From: Owenia fusiformis
Taxonomy: Eukaryota
Direction of reading: 5' to 3'
Length of the DNA: 64,000 nt
Assembly: GCA_903813345.2 (NCBI GenBank)
Contig: CAIIXF020000001.1
Span: 11,842,001 to 11,906,000, forward strand
In this document: positions 39,236-53,000 of the stretch, one piece after another
Numbering within the stretch: the stretch's first letter is position 1
How the letters are laid out: every line of letters starts with the position of its first letter
The notes under the pieces: model-generated
The model's database searches: none
Seen by the model: only the letters and a program-made list of their open reading frames with translations
What the model was told of the DNA's origin: nothing
Translations under genes and position numbers: made by a program

Positions 39236-40036
39236 CCATGGTTGAATCAGCATCTAGAATATACAGCTACTTAGAGTAAGGAAACAGACTTAAATGCAAC
39301 ACAAGGCTCACTTCCAACTACCTGCACAAATGTGGCTTACAAAGACAATATGTTATTTGATAAACTTGCTCAAAATAATTTATAAACAAGACTTGTAATA
39401 TGGACTGCAAATATGTTTGAATAATGAAATAATGATTAATATACTGTGTAGTATCGTTCCCTTCAATTAAGATTATAAAAATTGTATTTGTTAAGACAAA
39501 TATTTTCCCTATACTAGTAAATGTGTATGAATGTATTTTTATGATACAACAGTATTCCAGGATTTTATTTTAGTTCATTTGTATAGTGGTGTGATATTTT
39601 TAATTTTAGACACTTGGATTGGTTGTAAATTCTCATTGTAAAGCAAACAGAAAGATTCAGTAATGTGGTTTTAAATGTGTTGTAAAAAGACCATACTAGG
39701 CCTCTCTACAAAATGAAATCATCATACCATTGTCATTTATCCTAGAATCAAGGTATTTATTACACCTCTAATGTGAGAAACAAATCCGAAAACAGCTGCT
39801 TAAAAAGTCATTTTGACCAAAGTCAGGAGTCCTGTATAGTATACCCCAACAGACCCATGAAAAGACATTCCCAATGAACTGATGAATTGAATTTATTGTT
39901 AAGATTTTTCCAAATTATTATTGTGAGACTGAACCAATATAATAACATCATATTTAATTGGAAACACATGATTTACTGTTACTTTGTTGTATATTATTCT
40001 CTAGATCACTTATTGAAATTCCCATTACATACCCTC

Positions 40037-40250
40037 CACTGGTGGATCCAGAACCTAACAAGGGGGGCCAAATTTAAAATCTAAAAAGTTTTGGGCCATG
40101 GAAGCCAAAATTTGGGCCCAAATTTTGAAAGTTTGAGGTCCATTTTTTGATAATTTAGCCTCAAAAGGCCAAGTAATGCCCATAAAGGCCCACTAATTGA
40201 GGCCCTACAAAAAGAATTCTGGGCCCCATGCCCCCCTGGGTCTGCTAGTG
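40037..40250. mobile_element. GGCC-rich MITE copy with 5-bp TSD, downstream of the ELOA stop
   Basis: Ends CACTGGTGGATCC...TCTGCTAGTG; TSD CCCTC (40032-36, 40251-55). Confidence 0.75.
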
Positions 40251-41053
40251 CCCTCCCAATTTTATAAAGTGTGCAATACTCATAATTATGTATAGCTTAT
40301 TATTATTTATAAAAAATGTTTTATGTTCACTAGAAATTGGTTGCATGTGTGAATATTATTGTTTGAACATATTTAATGGAAAAAAGAGATCACCAAAAAT
40401 GTGAATTGTTATTTTGTTGAATGCAAGCATCATATGCATGCTTTTATGATGGAATTTGAATGTAAATAAATAAATAAATTTTAAATTATGCAGAAATTAC
40501 AGATTTATGTTCACTTTTCCTATCACTCCATGAATCTTATCTTATGAACAGACAAGTTGTTGACATCATGTTGCTTTAAAGTTGAGACTTGTGTATAGTT
40601 CTACTGAATCAAATAATTAATAAGTCTCTTGTTCAAGGGACAAGAAAGGATAGGTACTAGTTTACACAGAGCCAGATCCAGCCCCCATTGGTAGTAGGCT
40701 CAAAGGATAAATGGGTATATTTATTGAGCCTATACACCACTGAAGAAGACAGTGATCTGGCAGAGGTTCGTGCTAGTTTAGAGGGAAATTATTCTTGCAG
40801 CGCTCGGTTGAAAAGGAAAGTTTGATCAGCATATGATGATTGACCTGTTGGCAACCCTTTGAATTAATTACATGCAATTTTTTACATATTTTCTTTTGTG
40901 AATTGGCATTTGTTACGAAAGAAAGAAATATGTACTGGAAAGATCTTGCTAATATTTGTACCCAACTATGTTCTATCCCGGGGATGTACATTGGTAGTTT
41001 TCGTTCAGTGCAACAAATCAATAAAGGACAAATATTCAGTCCGCAAAGAAAAC

Positions 41054-41062
41054 AACATGGCG
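41054..41062 (+). promoter_or_regulatory. YY1-like motif overlapping the PPP1R7 start codon
   Basis: AACATGGCG matches the AANATGGCG consensus often found at housekeeping-gene starts; motif match only. Confidence 0.3.
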
Positions 41063-44000
41063 TCCAAAGATTCTCAAAATGTCAATGGTAAGTTTGTTTT
41101 TAGATTTTCTGCTATATCATGGCAATACCGTGGTACTGAATTAATTATAAGCATTATCCTATCTCATGTCCCATCACAGGTCCTTCAATTTTAGTGAAAT
41201 TATATTAAATTTTGGTAGATTTCATGAGAAAATGTATGTATCCTTTACTTCCGGGTGTAATAATTGAATGTGTCAATCAATGTAATTTCATTGGAGGCTG
41301 ATGGGAAAGAAGTAGACAATCTAGTCAACACAGTATAAAAGATCTTTTATATTGTGTTTGATACTTCTTTTCCCTCAGCCTATGGTCATATTCATAAACC
41401 ATGAATCGGAAAATGCAACATCGTTGTCAATATCTCCATAAAATTGACAAGCCATGATGCTTCAGTTGGCATTGGGTTTACGAATAAGACCGACCACCGC
41501 CCAGTCACTCTCCACAGTTCGGTACATTAGGTCGTCGGCTGTTGGTCTTTTACATACAGATGAATAGATGTAAAATTAGAAGAGGGAAATAAAACTAAAA
41601 ACAAAAGTTCACCATCACTGCTACACACCTAGTTACACAGACGTATCATCAGTGTATCATGGTGGAACTACTTCCGGGACTAGGTTTCGGTAAGATTTTT
41701 TTATTTCCCGATTTACACCTACTTATAAGTCACATTGTGGATAATAATTTGGCTCGAAGTTAAGAAAGATAGTCTAGTTTGAGAATGTGTCGATGGTTTT
41801 AGGTTTTATATGTTAACGAATACACAATTCACGTATTTAGTCCCTCGCTTTTGTTACACTGACGAACGACCAATATCAGTGTAATATTGGCAATATTAAT
41901 GCCAATCGTCAGTGTAACAAAAGCGAGGGACTAAATGTGTGAAATGCGTCTTCGTTTACATACCAAACCTAAAACCATTGACACATTCTCAAACTAGACT
42001 ATCTCCCATAACTTCGAGCCAAATTATAATCCACATCGTGACTTATAAGTAGATGTAAATCGAGAAATAAAAATATCTTACCAAATTCAAATCCCGGAAG
42101 TAGTTCAGCCATGATACACTGACGATACGTCTGTGTAACTAGGTGGGTAGCAGTGACCATGTGAGCTAAGATTTTCGACATCTAAAAGGTCACTCGACTT
42201 TTTTGTGATTTTGAATCACAGAAAGCATTCTGAAGTTTCAAATTGGCGCCATGTTTAATTTTTGTCATCCGCCTAATGTTAGACGGTGAACACCGCCTCT
42301 AATGCGTTAGATTGTCGTATGGACTTGCATTAGATCCAACACGATCCTCAGAGACCCAGAATGAATGCACCTAGCCTAATGTATACCACTTACCTTTTAT
42401 TGATTCTTTCATCATAAGATTCTTTTGTAAGTACGACAATGTGAATTCATTTTTTGGAAGTTTTTTTGCAAAAAAGTCGAGTGACTTTTTAGATGTCGAA
42501 AATCTTAACTACAGTATGTAGGAAACTATACTCTAAAAACCTTCCTGTTCGTCAGTCAAAATATCATTTTTTAGAAAAAGTTTTAATGCCTCAATTGAAT
42601 CATTTGGTCTACTTACTCATATGTACTTCCCTTATTTTTGAAGTCAAATGCTCGTCCATTCCATAGTCAGTAATAGTGATACTCGAAATTGGATCCAAAT
42701 GCTGTAAGAAACTCAGTCATTTTCTTCAGAAAATCTTCTCTTGCCCTCTGTCTGAATGACGTCAGAGTTCATAGAAGTTCAAACTCTTGACAAAATTCAT
42801 GGAATCTCCTCTCATTTCAGGGAAACTACTCTGTTCTAAATGACTTGCTTCTTGCCTTTGAAGATTGCTTCAAACATTTTATGATCAATTGATTTAAATG
42901 AGGCAAAGAGTTGACTTATTACAATAATCATTTTATGATCAATTGATTTAAATGAGGCAAAGAGGTGAATTATTACAATAATCATTTTATGATCAATTGA
43001 TTTAAATGAGGCAAAGAGGTGAATTATTGCAATAATCATTTTATGATCAATTGATTTAAATGAGGCAAAGAGGTGAATTATTGCAATAATCATTTTGTGA
43101 TCAATTGATTTAAATGAGGCGAAGAGGTGAATTATTTCAATAATCATTTTGTGATCAATTGATTTAAATGAGGCGAAGAGGTGAATTATTACAATAATCA
43201 TTTTATGATCAATTGATTTAAATGAGGCAAAGAGGTTAATTATTACAATAATCATTTTATGATCAATTGATTTAAATGAGGCAAAGAGGTGAATTATTGC
43301 AATAATCATTTTATGATCAATTGATTTAAATGAGGCGAAGAGGTGACTTATTACAATAATCATTTGATGATCAATTGATTTAAATGAGGCAAAGAGGTGA
43401 ATTATTACAATAATCATTTTATGATCAATTGATTTAAATGAGGCGAAGAGGTGAATTATTACAATAATCATTTTATGATCAATTGATTTAAATGAGGCGA
43501 AGAGGTGAATTATTACAATAATCATACATAGACCAATAGGCTAATCAATGTAGATATCTTCTATATTTGGATTTCGTACCTGTTGTTATTTGTAGTGGTA
43601 TCAAGTGATGAGGAACCTGATACTGGCCCCTCAGAGAACCAGAAGGCAAAGGAAATAGCTCTGATTGATCCAAATGTCATAGTGAGTATCAGAATTTGTA
43701 TAATCAAAGGTGCTGACTTGATTGAACTTGATTGTGATCAATTTCTTGAGAGAATGTATAAATACGACAAACAATTATGACGTGTACGATAGATTGTGTC
43801 TCATGCCATCTCTCTTGAAAATAGTTTGAGTGTGTATTCACAAGAAAATATTTCAACTAGTGATGTTCTTTTTATTATGTAATCTATTTTTATGCGGTAT
43901 CTAGTGACATGTTGTCAGTTGATGCAAGTTATGATCATGGTTATCATGCTAATAAGCTCTACCACTATTGATATTCTGAATGAAAACCCTCTTTAGTAAA

Positions 44001-47000
44001 CACATGAAACCAATATTTGGGTCAAAAGTTGGCCCTTACCTGTCAGTTTCAAATTACCAATCTCCTCAGCAGCAGGTAATAAGTAAATCCTAATTGACCT
44101 TTTGCGAACAGAATTCAAGTTTTTTGTTTGTGGATACTGTTGTCATGTATTTCGTCTTATTGGTATGACGTCATATAACATGTTATTATGCACCTCATTA
44201 AAATACTCAAATCTGATTGGTTCTTAGTTGCTTGTAATTTGGCAATACTCTGCTCTTTTCTGAAAACTGCCGGATATTTTTTTAATATCTGACCCTTTCG
44301 AGAAAAAGGGTCGGATATTTTTTTCAATGTTTTTGCAACATTCCCACTTCAGAGTTTTATTTCTTAATAACTGGAGTACTGCTTAAAGCTTACATCTGAA
44401 ACTGGCGGAAAATAGAAGAAAAAATGCACTTAATCAAGCACAATTACCCTTATCATTCAAAAGTTACATATAATTCTGCAAGAACGTATCGAATAAATAA
44501 AAATTAAATTCCCGGGGCAAATATTTTCCTCCAGTGTAGCGAATAAACTGGCCGGAAGTCGTCTGAGTTTTGAAAGAAAAAAAAAATAAATGTCAAAATA
44601 ATGTCAACTAAACGACAGTTTAAGCCTGTGCTCCAGTAAGTACTCCACTTAACTTTGATTGGGAGGTGCATAATAAAACAAATACTGGATGATCAGGAGC
44701 TGGATATGGCCAGAATACCTATCCTCGAAAAAGTATTGGGCTCGGCTACCGCCTCGCCCAATATTTTTTCTCGAATAGGTATTCTGCCATATCCAGCTCC
44801 TGATCATCCAGTATTTGTTTAATATTAGACATGATGGAATCACGAAATGACGGACACGTGGCAGTTTTGAGCTAAAAATACTATCGTTTCTTTTCTGAAA
44901 GCAATGGGTCGGATATTTACCAGGTATGCCGATTTGACTAGATCATGAGTTTATCTTTATATGTGTGAAGTTTCGGTGAAATTCATACAAAACATCGATG
45001 CCTATAAGCACCCCCGTTTTTATCAAAATTGGGGGGTGCTTAACCGCTGTCTAAATCATGTCAGTAGGATCTAAGACTTGGCATGTGCTTAGAATGGATG
45101 TTGATTTAGTCAAATCGAGCACTTTCGTGAAAAATAAATCAATAAAGCACGAAATATAGAAGATAATCTCTCAAAATCAAACATCTAATGCTGAGTAGCC
45201 TAATTGTGACGTCACTACAAGATAGAATGCATTCGGTGAACGCAAATCATCAATTGGGTAATCATTATTTCAATGCATGAATATTATCTTATAATCGAAA
45301 AAATCTTGCTTGACAAGATAGGCCAAGACAAGGGACATAAAATTCTCCCAGTATCATTTTGAAAAAATGTCACTTAATAATTAATCCAATGATGGATTTG
45401 CCTCACTAGATCTCATTCTGCCTTTAATTTTTAGAATATATTTGTTGAAACTATTCCAGGATATATCAGTACTTTAATTTTGGAAGCTTGATTACCCGGT
45501 GGTTTCACCCCAATATACTTCTTAATACCCATGTGCCGCCCCAAAGACCCCCTTTTGAGCATTTTTTCCATGTCAATTTCCTCTCAAGATTGAAGGTTTC
45601 CATGTTTTTCCTCTGAGACTTATAAATGACTAAAAAATCAACTTTTCTAGTGATTTGTTCCAGGCCTCAGCAACAGATTTAACGAATTTAATACAATTTC
45701 TAGAGAAAAACTGAATTTTGACTTAAAAAGGGTACTTTCTCAGACAATTTCCATGATTGATTCCTCTCAATTTCACCAATTTACATGTTTTATGCTCAAA
45801 GCCAAAATTGACCCTGCTGCACATACCTACCCAAATTATTTGGAGTGAACCCCCCGGGCTTGATTATTTCTCTGGAACCCTGTTCATTCAAAGGTAAAAC
45901 TACATAGTGTTTGAAATACATAATTTAAATCTATTATATAAAATATATTTTCCTCAGACATGTACATGTATTTACATTTAGGACTTGGATCTTAACCATA
46001 CGAGGATAGGAAAGATAGAAAAACTTGAGGCACTAACCAAAGTTGAGGTAAGTAAATTCCTATGAGTATTGCATAATGATATAGTATAGATACTAAAAAG
46101 AGCTCTTCAATTGTAGTATTTTAACAGATGTACCCTGATGTCCAATCAACATCATTCGAGTATCTCTGTGTTCCTGACACGTTTGGGCATCCGGTAATGA
46201 CAATGTCTACCCAATGTTTGCACGCGAAATTGACGTAATTCATGACTGAAATCCGGAAGACAAAAATATGTGATATTCTTTCAGAATTGTTTATACATAA
46301 TAACTATTTACAAAAATGTTCCTGAGACACAAATCCATTTAGATAAGGTTTGAGTTAAAGTCGAAAAGCCCCAATAAGACAATACAAACCCAGATATAAC
46401 CTGGAAGACTGCAGATTTCATGTAATGATTTACGTTCATGTCAGCAAGTAAAGTACATATAATCCTCATATAAAACACTGGCCTACGTGACATGTAATAA
46501 CATGTTCAAACTGAAATATAGAAAATTTTCAACATAGCACTTGCTTCCATTTTCTGTATCCCCCTCTACCCGCTTAATACGGAAATGTATCTTCAAATAA
46601 AACCTTAGCCAAGTAGATTAGAGTCTCTAGAACACTTTTGTAAATAGTTTTCACAAGCAATATTGTTTGTGAATCTCAAATTTTGTCTTCCCGATTTCAG
46701 TCATGAATTACATCACTTTTGCGTGCAAACTTTGGGTAGACGTTGTTATTCCCGGGCGCCCAAACATGTCAGGAACACATAGATACTTGAATGATCTTGA
46801 TTGGACATCAGGTTGCAGACAAATCATAATTTTACTGAGTGGCTTCACGAAATAATAAAAAGGCTAGCTATTTTTCTAAGTGTGACCACTTTCAAACCGC
46901 CACTGTGATCAACAGTTCATATACATGTATATCAATATCTCGATAAGATCATGTAAGTTTTGATCCATTGACTGCTAGCCATATAAGGCAAAACATCACT

Positions 47001-50000
47001 GACTTTGTTCACTTATATATTGTTATAATTACAGACAATCTGCTTTCGCCAGAACCTCATAAGTAAGCTGGAAGGACTTGACACGCTTGGAGACACACTG
47101 CGTGAACTAGATGTCTATGACAACCAGATTACTCAAATTGAGGGTATCCAGAATCTAGTTAATCTTGTGTAAGTACTCTTTTATGTAAATGTTTATCTTG
47201 AAGAGGAAAATATTTTTTCCATCCTTTGTTGCATGGTTGCCAATGTCTTCTACTCAAAACCCACAACAATTTGTCACTAAATTCTGCATACTACAGAGTG
47301 AGCCAAAAAAGGTAACCCAAACAAATGTTAATTATTCAGTTATCTAGTAGTTTCCAGCGCTTGCATTAGGTTAGAAAATTTGTGAGTCCCAAGGACGCAA
47401 TTTTTTTAAAAAAGTGTATCCTTTGAAAAAAAAGTGTGTCCCCTATTACTTGTCATATTTTCAGTTTTTGATTTAAGTATGGACTGAATAAATGCATATT
47501 CGTTCAATCGACAATGAATACATTTTATTTCATGAATAACCTAATATTTGTTTCTGAATAGGAAAAACTGTGCCGTGTCATGGTTTCAAATCTAAAAATA
47601 AACTAAGTCGAAAAAATTCGAGAGAATCATGATTATTTGTAAATATTCAACATGTTGAGCCTTATTTACGATTCAAATAAAGGTGAGAGATCATAATTAT
47701 TTGTTTTTGTTAGGTATCGTTGTAAACACATTGTAGTATTGACCTAAAAACATTTGCGTCCAAAAAACGGAAATATTTTCAATTTTTGCGTTCTCCAAAT
47801 TATTTTTGAGTCCTTAACATGTACGGGACGCCGTTAATGCAAGCCCTGAGTTTGGGTTACTTTTTTGGGTCACCCTGTATTTTCACTGGACTCGGTATTC
47901 AGTATGAATGTCACTATTTGTATATTATTCAAATAGTTATGCAAAGCATGCAATTCCTATATGAAATTAGTTTCTGATTTGCCTGGAGCTATTTGTGTTT
48001 GTCATGGAGCTATTTATGTGCCTATGGAGCTATTTGTGTGTCTATGGATGCTATTTTATCTTGTGTTGGTGGATAGTTAACAATTTGAGCTGATTGTTGT
48101 GTGTTATCCATCACTACGGTAACCTCTTCGTGTGCCAGTTGCTCCTGCAAATTATAAAAGAAAACGATAAGTTCAAAAGTAATTAACAAAATACATAAAC
48201 AGTCATGTTGTTCAGAACTGAACAAGTATCAAAATGCATCCACGTCTAGGCACCAACAATAAAAAGAGGTAGTTTTTGGAAAATATCTTTGACTTTGGAC
48301 TTATTAAAATATCATACCTTTGAATACAACCTCCAGATAGCCATAAAACAAATAACTGCAGATGTTACACACAGAGCCCCCTCCACAATTGAGATGAAAA
48401 CCAGCACTGCGTTAATTGCAGCATCTTTCTCCTGAATAAGATGTAGTATATTGAAATATATTCTGTCATAACAGAGATCTAAAAGGACAATTGTTTGGAG
48501 TGATCTCAGTTTGCAGGACCATATGGAAAAGTTTCAAGTTATTCAAAGTCAGATTATTCATTATTCTACTTGGCTTATGTTAAGTGGGTCACAAAGATGT
48601 TATGATCAAGCAAGAACAGGTTATATGGCTATACTGTACAGGGTTCTCACTAGGCTTTTAGAAACTGGCACAGTACCATTCTCTCTTGTGTTCAAACCTG
48701 ACTGGACCATTCTCTTAATTTCTCTAGCCCATCCTATGAATTGCACCAGGCTCTGATATTTTTTAATTTTGTACCATTCTTCCTCTTTCACTTCAATTAT
48801 TAAGCTATATCCCCTCAAAACATAAGATTAGGTATTCACTACTCCTTATGTCTGAAAAATCAGCAATTTTTAGCTGATTGCTTAATATTTCAAGAGGGAG
48901 AGGTAGTTTGGTGAGTTTTTAGCTCACATGGTGAGCTTTTGCAATCACTCACTTGTCCGTCTGTCCATCTGTCCGTCTGTCCGTCTGTCAACAATAGTGG
49001 CACGTTTAAAAACCTCTGTCGATAGAATTCCTGTTTTAAGGTATTTCTGTTCAACATCAATACAGAAAACTCCCCTATGACTCCTGGTTCAAAAGCTCGC
49101 CTATTTTCAAAATGGCCGCCACTTTTGTCTCACGAAATTCACTTTTGATCCATTTCCTAGCTTTACAAATAATTTCAGGGGTCCTACATTGTAAAAATCC
49201 ATGTCAATGTAAAGGGTAGATATATGAAATAATTTTGTTACAAAAAATCAGCGAAAAATTATATCCATTTTTTTATTTTCAGCCATCTTAGTTAACATTG
49301 ATTTGTCTATCTGACTCACGAAATCCACTTTCCGTCAATAACAGTGGCACGTTTTAAAACCTCTGTCGATAGGATTCCTGTTTTAAGTTATTTCTGTTCA
49401 ACATCAATACAGAAAACTCCCCTATGACTCCTGGTTCAAAAGCTCGCCTATTTTCAAAATGGTCGCCATTTTTGTCTCGCGAAATTCACTTTTGACCCAT
49501 TTCCTAGCTTTACAAATAATTTCAAGTGTCCTATATTGTAAAAATCCATGTCAATGTAAAGGGTAGTTGTTTGAAATAATTTTGTTACGAAACATCAGCG
49601 AAAAATTATATCCATTTTTTTATTTTCAGCCATTTTAGTTAACATTGATTTGTCCATCTGTCTCGCAGAATCCACTTTTGGACCATTTGCCTTAAACCCT
49701 CTGTTGATAGGATTCTAGTTTTAAGTTAATTTTGTTCAACATCAATACAAAAACTCTCCTATGACTCTTGGTTCAAAAGCTGGCCTATTTTCAAAATGGT
49801 CGCCATTCTTGTTTCGCGAAATTCACTTTTTGCCCATTTCCTAGCTTTACAAATAATTTCAGCTGTCCTGCATTGTAAAAAGCCATGTCACTGTAAAGAG
49901 TAGTTGTATGAAATAATTTTGTTACAAAAAATTGGCAAAATATTATATCCGTTTTTTTTTATTTTCAGCCATTTTAGTTAACATTGATTTGTCCATCTGT

Positions 50001-53000
50001 CTAGCGAAATCCTCTTTTGGACAATTTGCTTAAAACCTCTGTCGATAGGATTCCAGTTTCAAGTTATTTTTGTTCAACATCAATACAAAAAACTCCCCTA
50101 TGACTCCTGGTTCAAAAGCTTGTCTGATTTCAACATGGTCGCCATTTTTGTCTCGCGAAATTAAATTTTGGCCCATTTCCTAGCTTTACAAATAATTTCA
50201 GGTGTCTTACATTGCAAAAAGCCATGTCACTGTAAAGGGTAGTTGTATGAAATAATTTTGTTACAAATAATTGCCAAAAAATTATATCCGTTTTTTTCAG
50301 CCATTTTACTTAACATCGATTTGTCCATCTGTCTCTCAGTCAGTCCAAAATAGTGGCAAGTGGCTTGAAATAATTTTGTTACAAAAAAATCAGCAAAAAA
50401 TTATATCCGTTTTTTTTTATTTTCTGTCACCATGTGGGCCCAGTACCCACGGTACTAATTTTTTCCTCAAATTCTAAAGATTTCCTGGTGAGAACCCTGT
50501 TGTACATTAAAATAACTCACTCTAGCGGAAGAGGTGTATCTCGAGTTAATCATCTTAACATCATTGGCCAGTTCTTGAGATGATATGATAAGGAGCCCTA
50601 CAGATCCTGCCAATGCTGACACAATTGATGCCACCAGGAACAAAACAATCTGAAGAGCAGTCATATCTTTTTTATTTCATGGATATATTTACCCTTCCCA
50701 TTTGTTCCCATTTGACGCAGCTTCTAAAAAGTTTCATGTCTGTTGTAATTTATTGAATTAGTTATTTGAAGTGTTCTCACTGTTCTGGACTGTAGTTCAT
50801 TATACAAAATGATTGTCACTAACACAGTGGGTCAAACTTTATTCATATATTGCATAATAGTAGTACAGTAAAACCTGTCTTATCCAAACACCACAGGGAC
50901 CAGCCAAAAATGTTCAGATCAGCATGTTTTCACATTTCAAGTTTTTTTAACATGGACATCAGTGACAAATTAAAAAATAGGATCATAAAAAAACATTGAC
51001 ATCGAGAGGTGTTTAGAGAAGCGTGTAACTGAATTGTTGAATTATGTTTTTTAAATTAACCAGTTTATGTCTTCTAACCTGCCATGTATATTTCCTCTTG
51101 CCTGCATAGATACCAAAACATCCAGTCAATACAAAGAACTAAATAATATATAAGAATGTGATGTTAGTTTACAGTTGAATATTTTCATATATAAATAGGC
51201 CTTTTGTATTATTATCGCACCCTTGGGTGCTATATTGTGGTCAGTTTGCCAGGCGGGCAGGCTGTTAGGCGTCCCGATAAATCTTGTCTACAGGTTTCCA
51301 GCCAAACCGTTTGAGGGATTCATCTGAAATTTTTAGGGCTGTTTCTACGTATCATAGTTTAGAACTGATTTAGTTTTTGGGCATTCTGGGTAAATATTAA
51401 GACGGCCATTTGGGATTTTCTGTCCTAAAATCTTGTCTGTCTCCAGGCTTGTCTACAGGTTTCCAGCCAAACCGTTTTAGGGATTCATTTGAAATTTTCA
51501 GGTTTTTACCTCTGAAAGTTTAGAAATGATCAGTTTTTCGGCATTCTGGATAAATGTTAAGGCAGCCATTTTGGATTTTCCATCCTAAAATTTTGTCTAT
51601 CCAGGCTTGCCTAAACATTTCCAGCTAAACCATTTGGGGGATTCATCTGAAATTTTCAGGGATGTTTATACGTATGAACGTTTAGAAATGATTAGTTTGT
51701 GGGTATTCTGGGTAAATGTTAAGACGGCCCTTTTGGATTTTCCGTCCTAAAATCTTGTCTGTCCAGGCTTGTCTACAGGTTTCCACCTAAACAGTTTTAT
51801 GGATACATCTTAAATTTTCAGGGATGTTACTATGCATGAAAGCCTAGAACTGGTCAGTTTTTTCTCTCTGGGTAAATGTTAAGGTGGCCATTTTGACCAG
51901 GTGACCAGTTTCCAGGTTTCATGGATTCATCTTCTATGTGTGAAAGTTTAGAACTGATTAGTTTTTGGGCAGTCTGGGTAAATGTTAGGGCGGCCATTTT
52001 GGATTATCCATCCTGAAAACTGTATTCTATTCAAGGGTGTGATTCTGTTCACTTGTTTTTTCTTTGCTTGTTGGTCTCTCTTATTTATTTTTGTTCTCAA
52101 GAACATATAAAGTACTTACAGTCAACCCACTCCATATCCCTGCCCCAAGGGAAGCAACATGATCCATTACTATGATAAAAGCTGCTACACCAAACATTGC
52201 AGAGATTATTCCAAATGTAACCATAAGTGAACCAAGTATTATGAGATGTTTTCCATTAATTCGTTCAATATGTTTAAACATAATGTTCTCCTTCACATGG
52301 GGCAAACTTGCTGCATCAGATGGATCTGTGACTGTGTCCTAAAAATTAAGATATTATACATTAGAAATTCATTTTCAACATAACTGGCCTACCGTAGGTG
52401 GTTGAGAAAGGATATAGCGGGGCTATCTGTCTTTTCGTCTGGCTGTCGTTGTTCATTTGCCTGTTCAGTTTACAGTTTGTGAACTTCAAATGTTATAGGC
52501 TTAGTGCCTTTGGGGCATAGGATATCTACCTGAGAAGGCATTTATGATATGTTGGCATGTTACATCATGGATGTAGATTTTGACAAAAAGTGACAATTCT
52601 ACTGCCTGATTGTTATTACCATGAATTGTTTAAAATGACAAAGTGATATTGATAAGATATGTTTATGGTTGGTGGGATTTTCTACTCTTTGGGAGTTGCT
52701 GTTTTTCTACCTCTTTATTATATTAATAAATGAATAGGGATAGGTGTTCAAATGCAATAAAGTTGAAAACCACATATCCTGTCCATGGTCTTTCCCATGG
52801 ATAAAACAGACTATCCATTCCTTTCAGTCAAATTTTTGTTTCCAGTCACTTTAAGTACCATTCCACGTGTGAAGAAATAAGATTTTTCCAACCAATTGTT
52901 ACCTGAGCTACCAGTACAGTCTTGACAAAGGTTAAATTCTTACTTATTAAAATAAATGTATTTTACCTGTGACTGTAAACTGGTGATAACCCTAGAGCAA

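Noticed and set aside
42836-43525. 229-aa minus-strand ORF of repeated MIIVIIHLFASFKSIDHK
   Set aside because: By-product of a 54-bp (multiple of 3) intronic minisatellite; no splice or promoter support.
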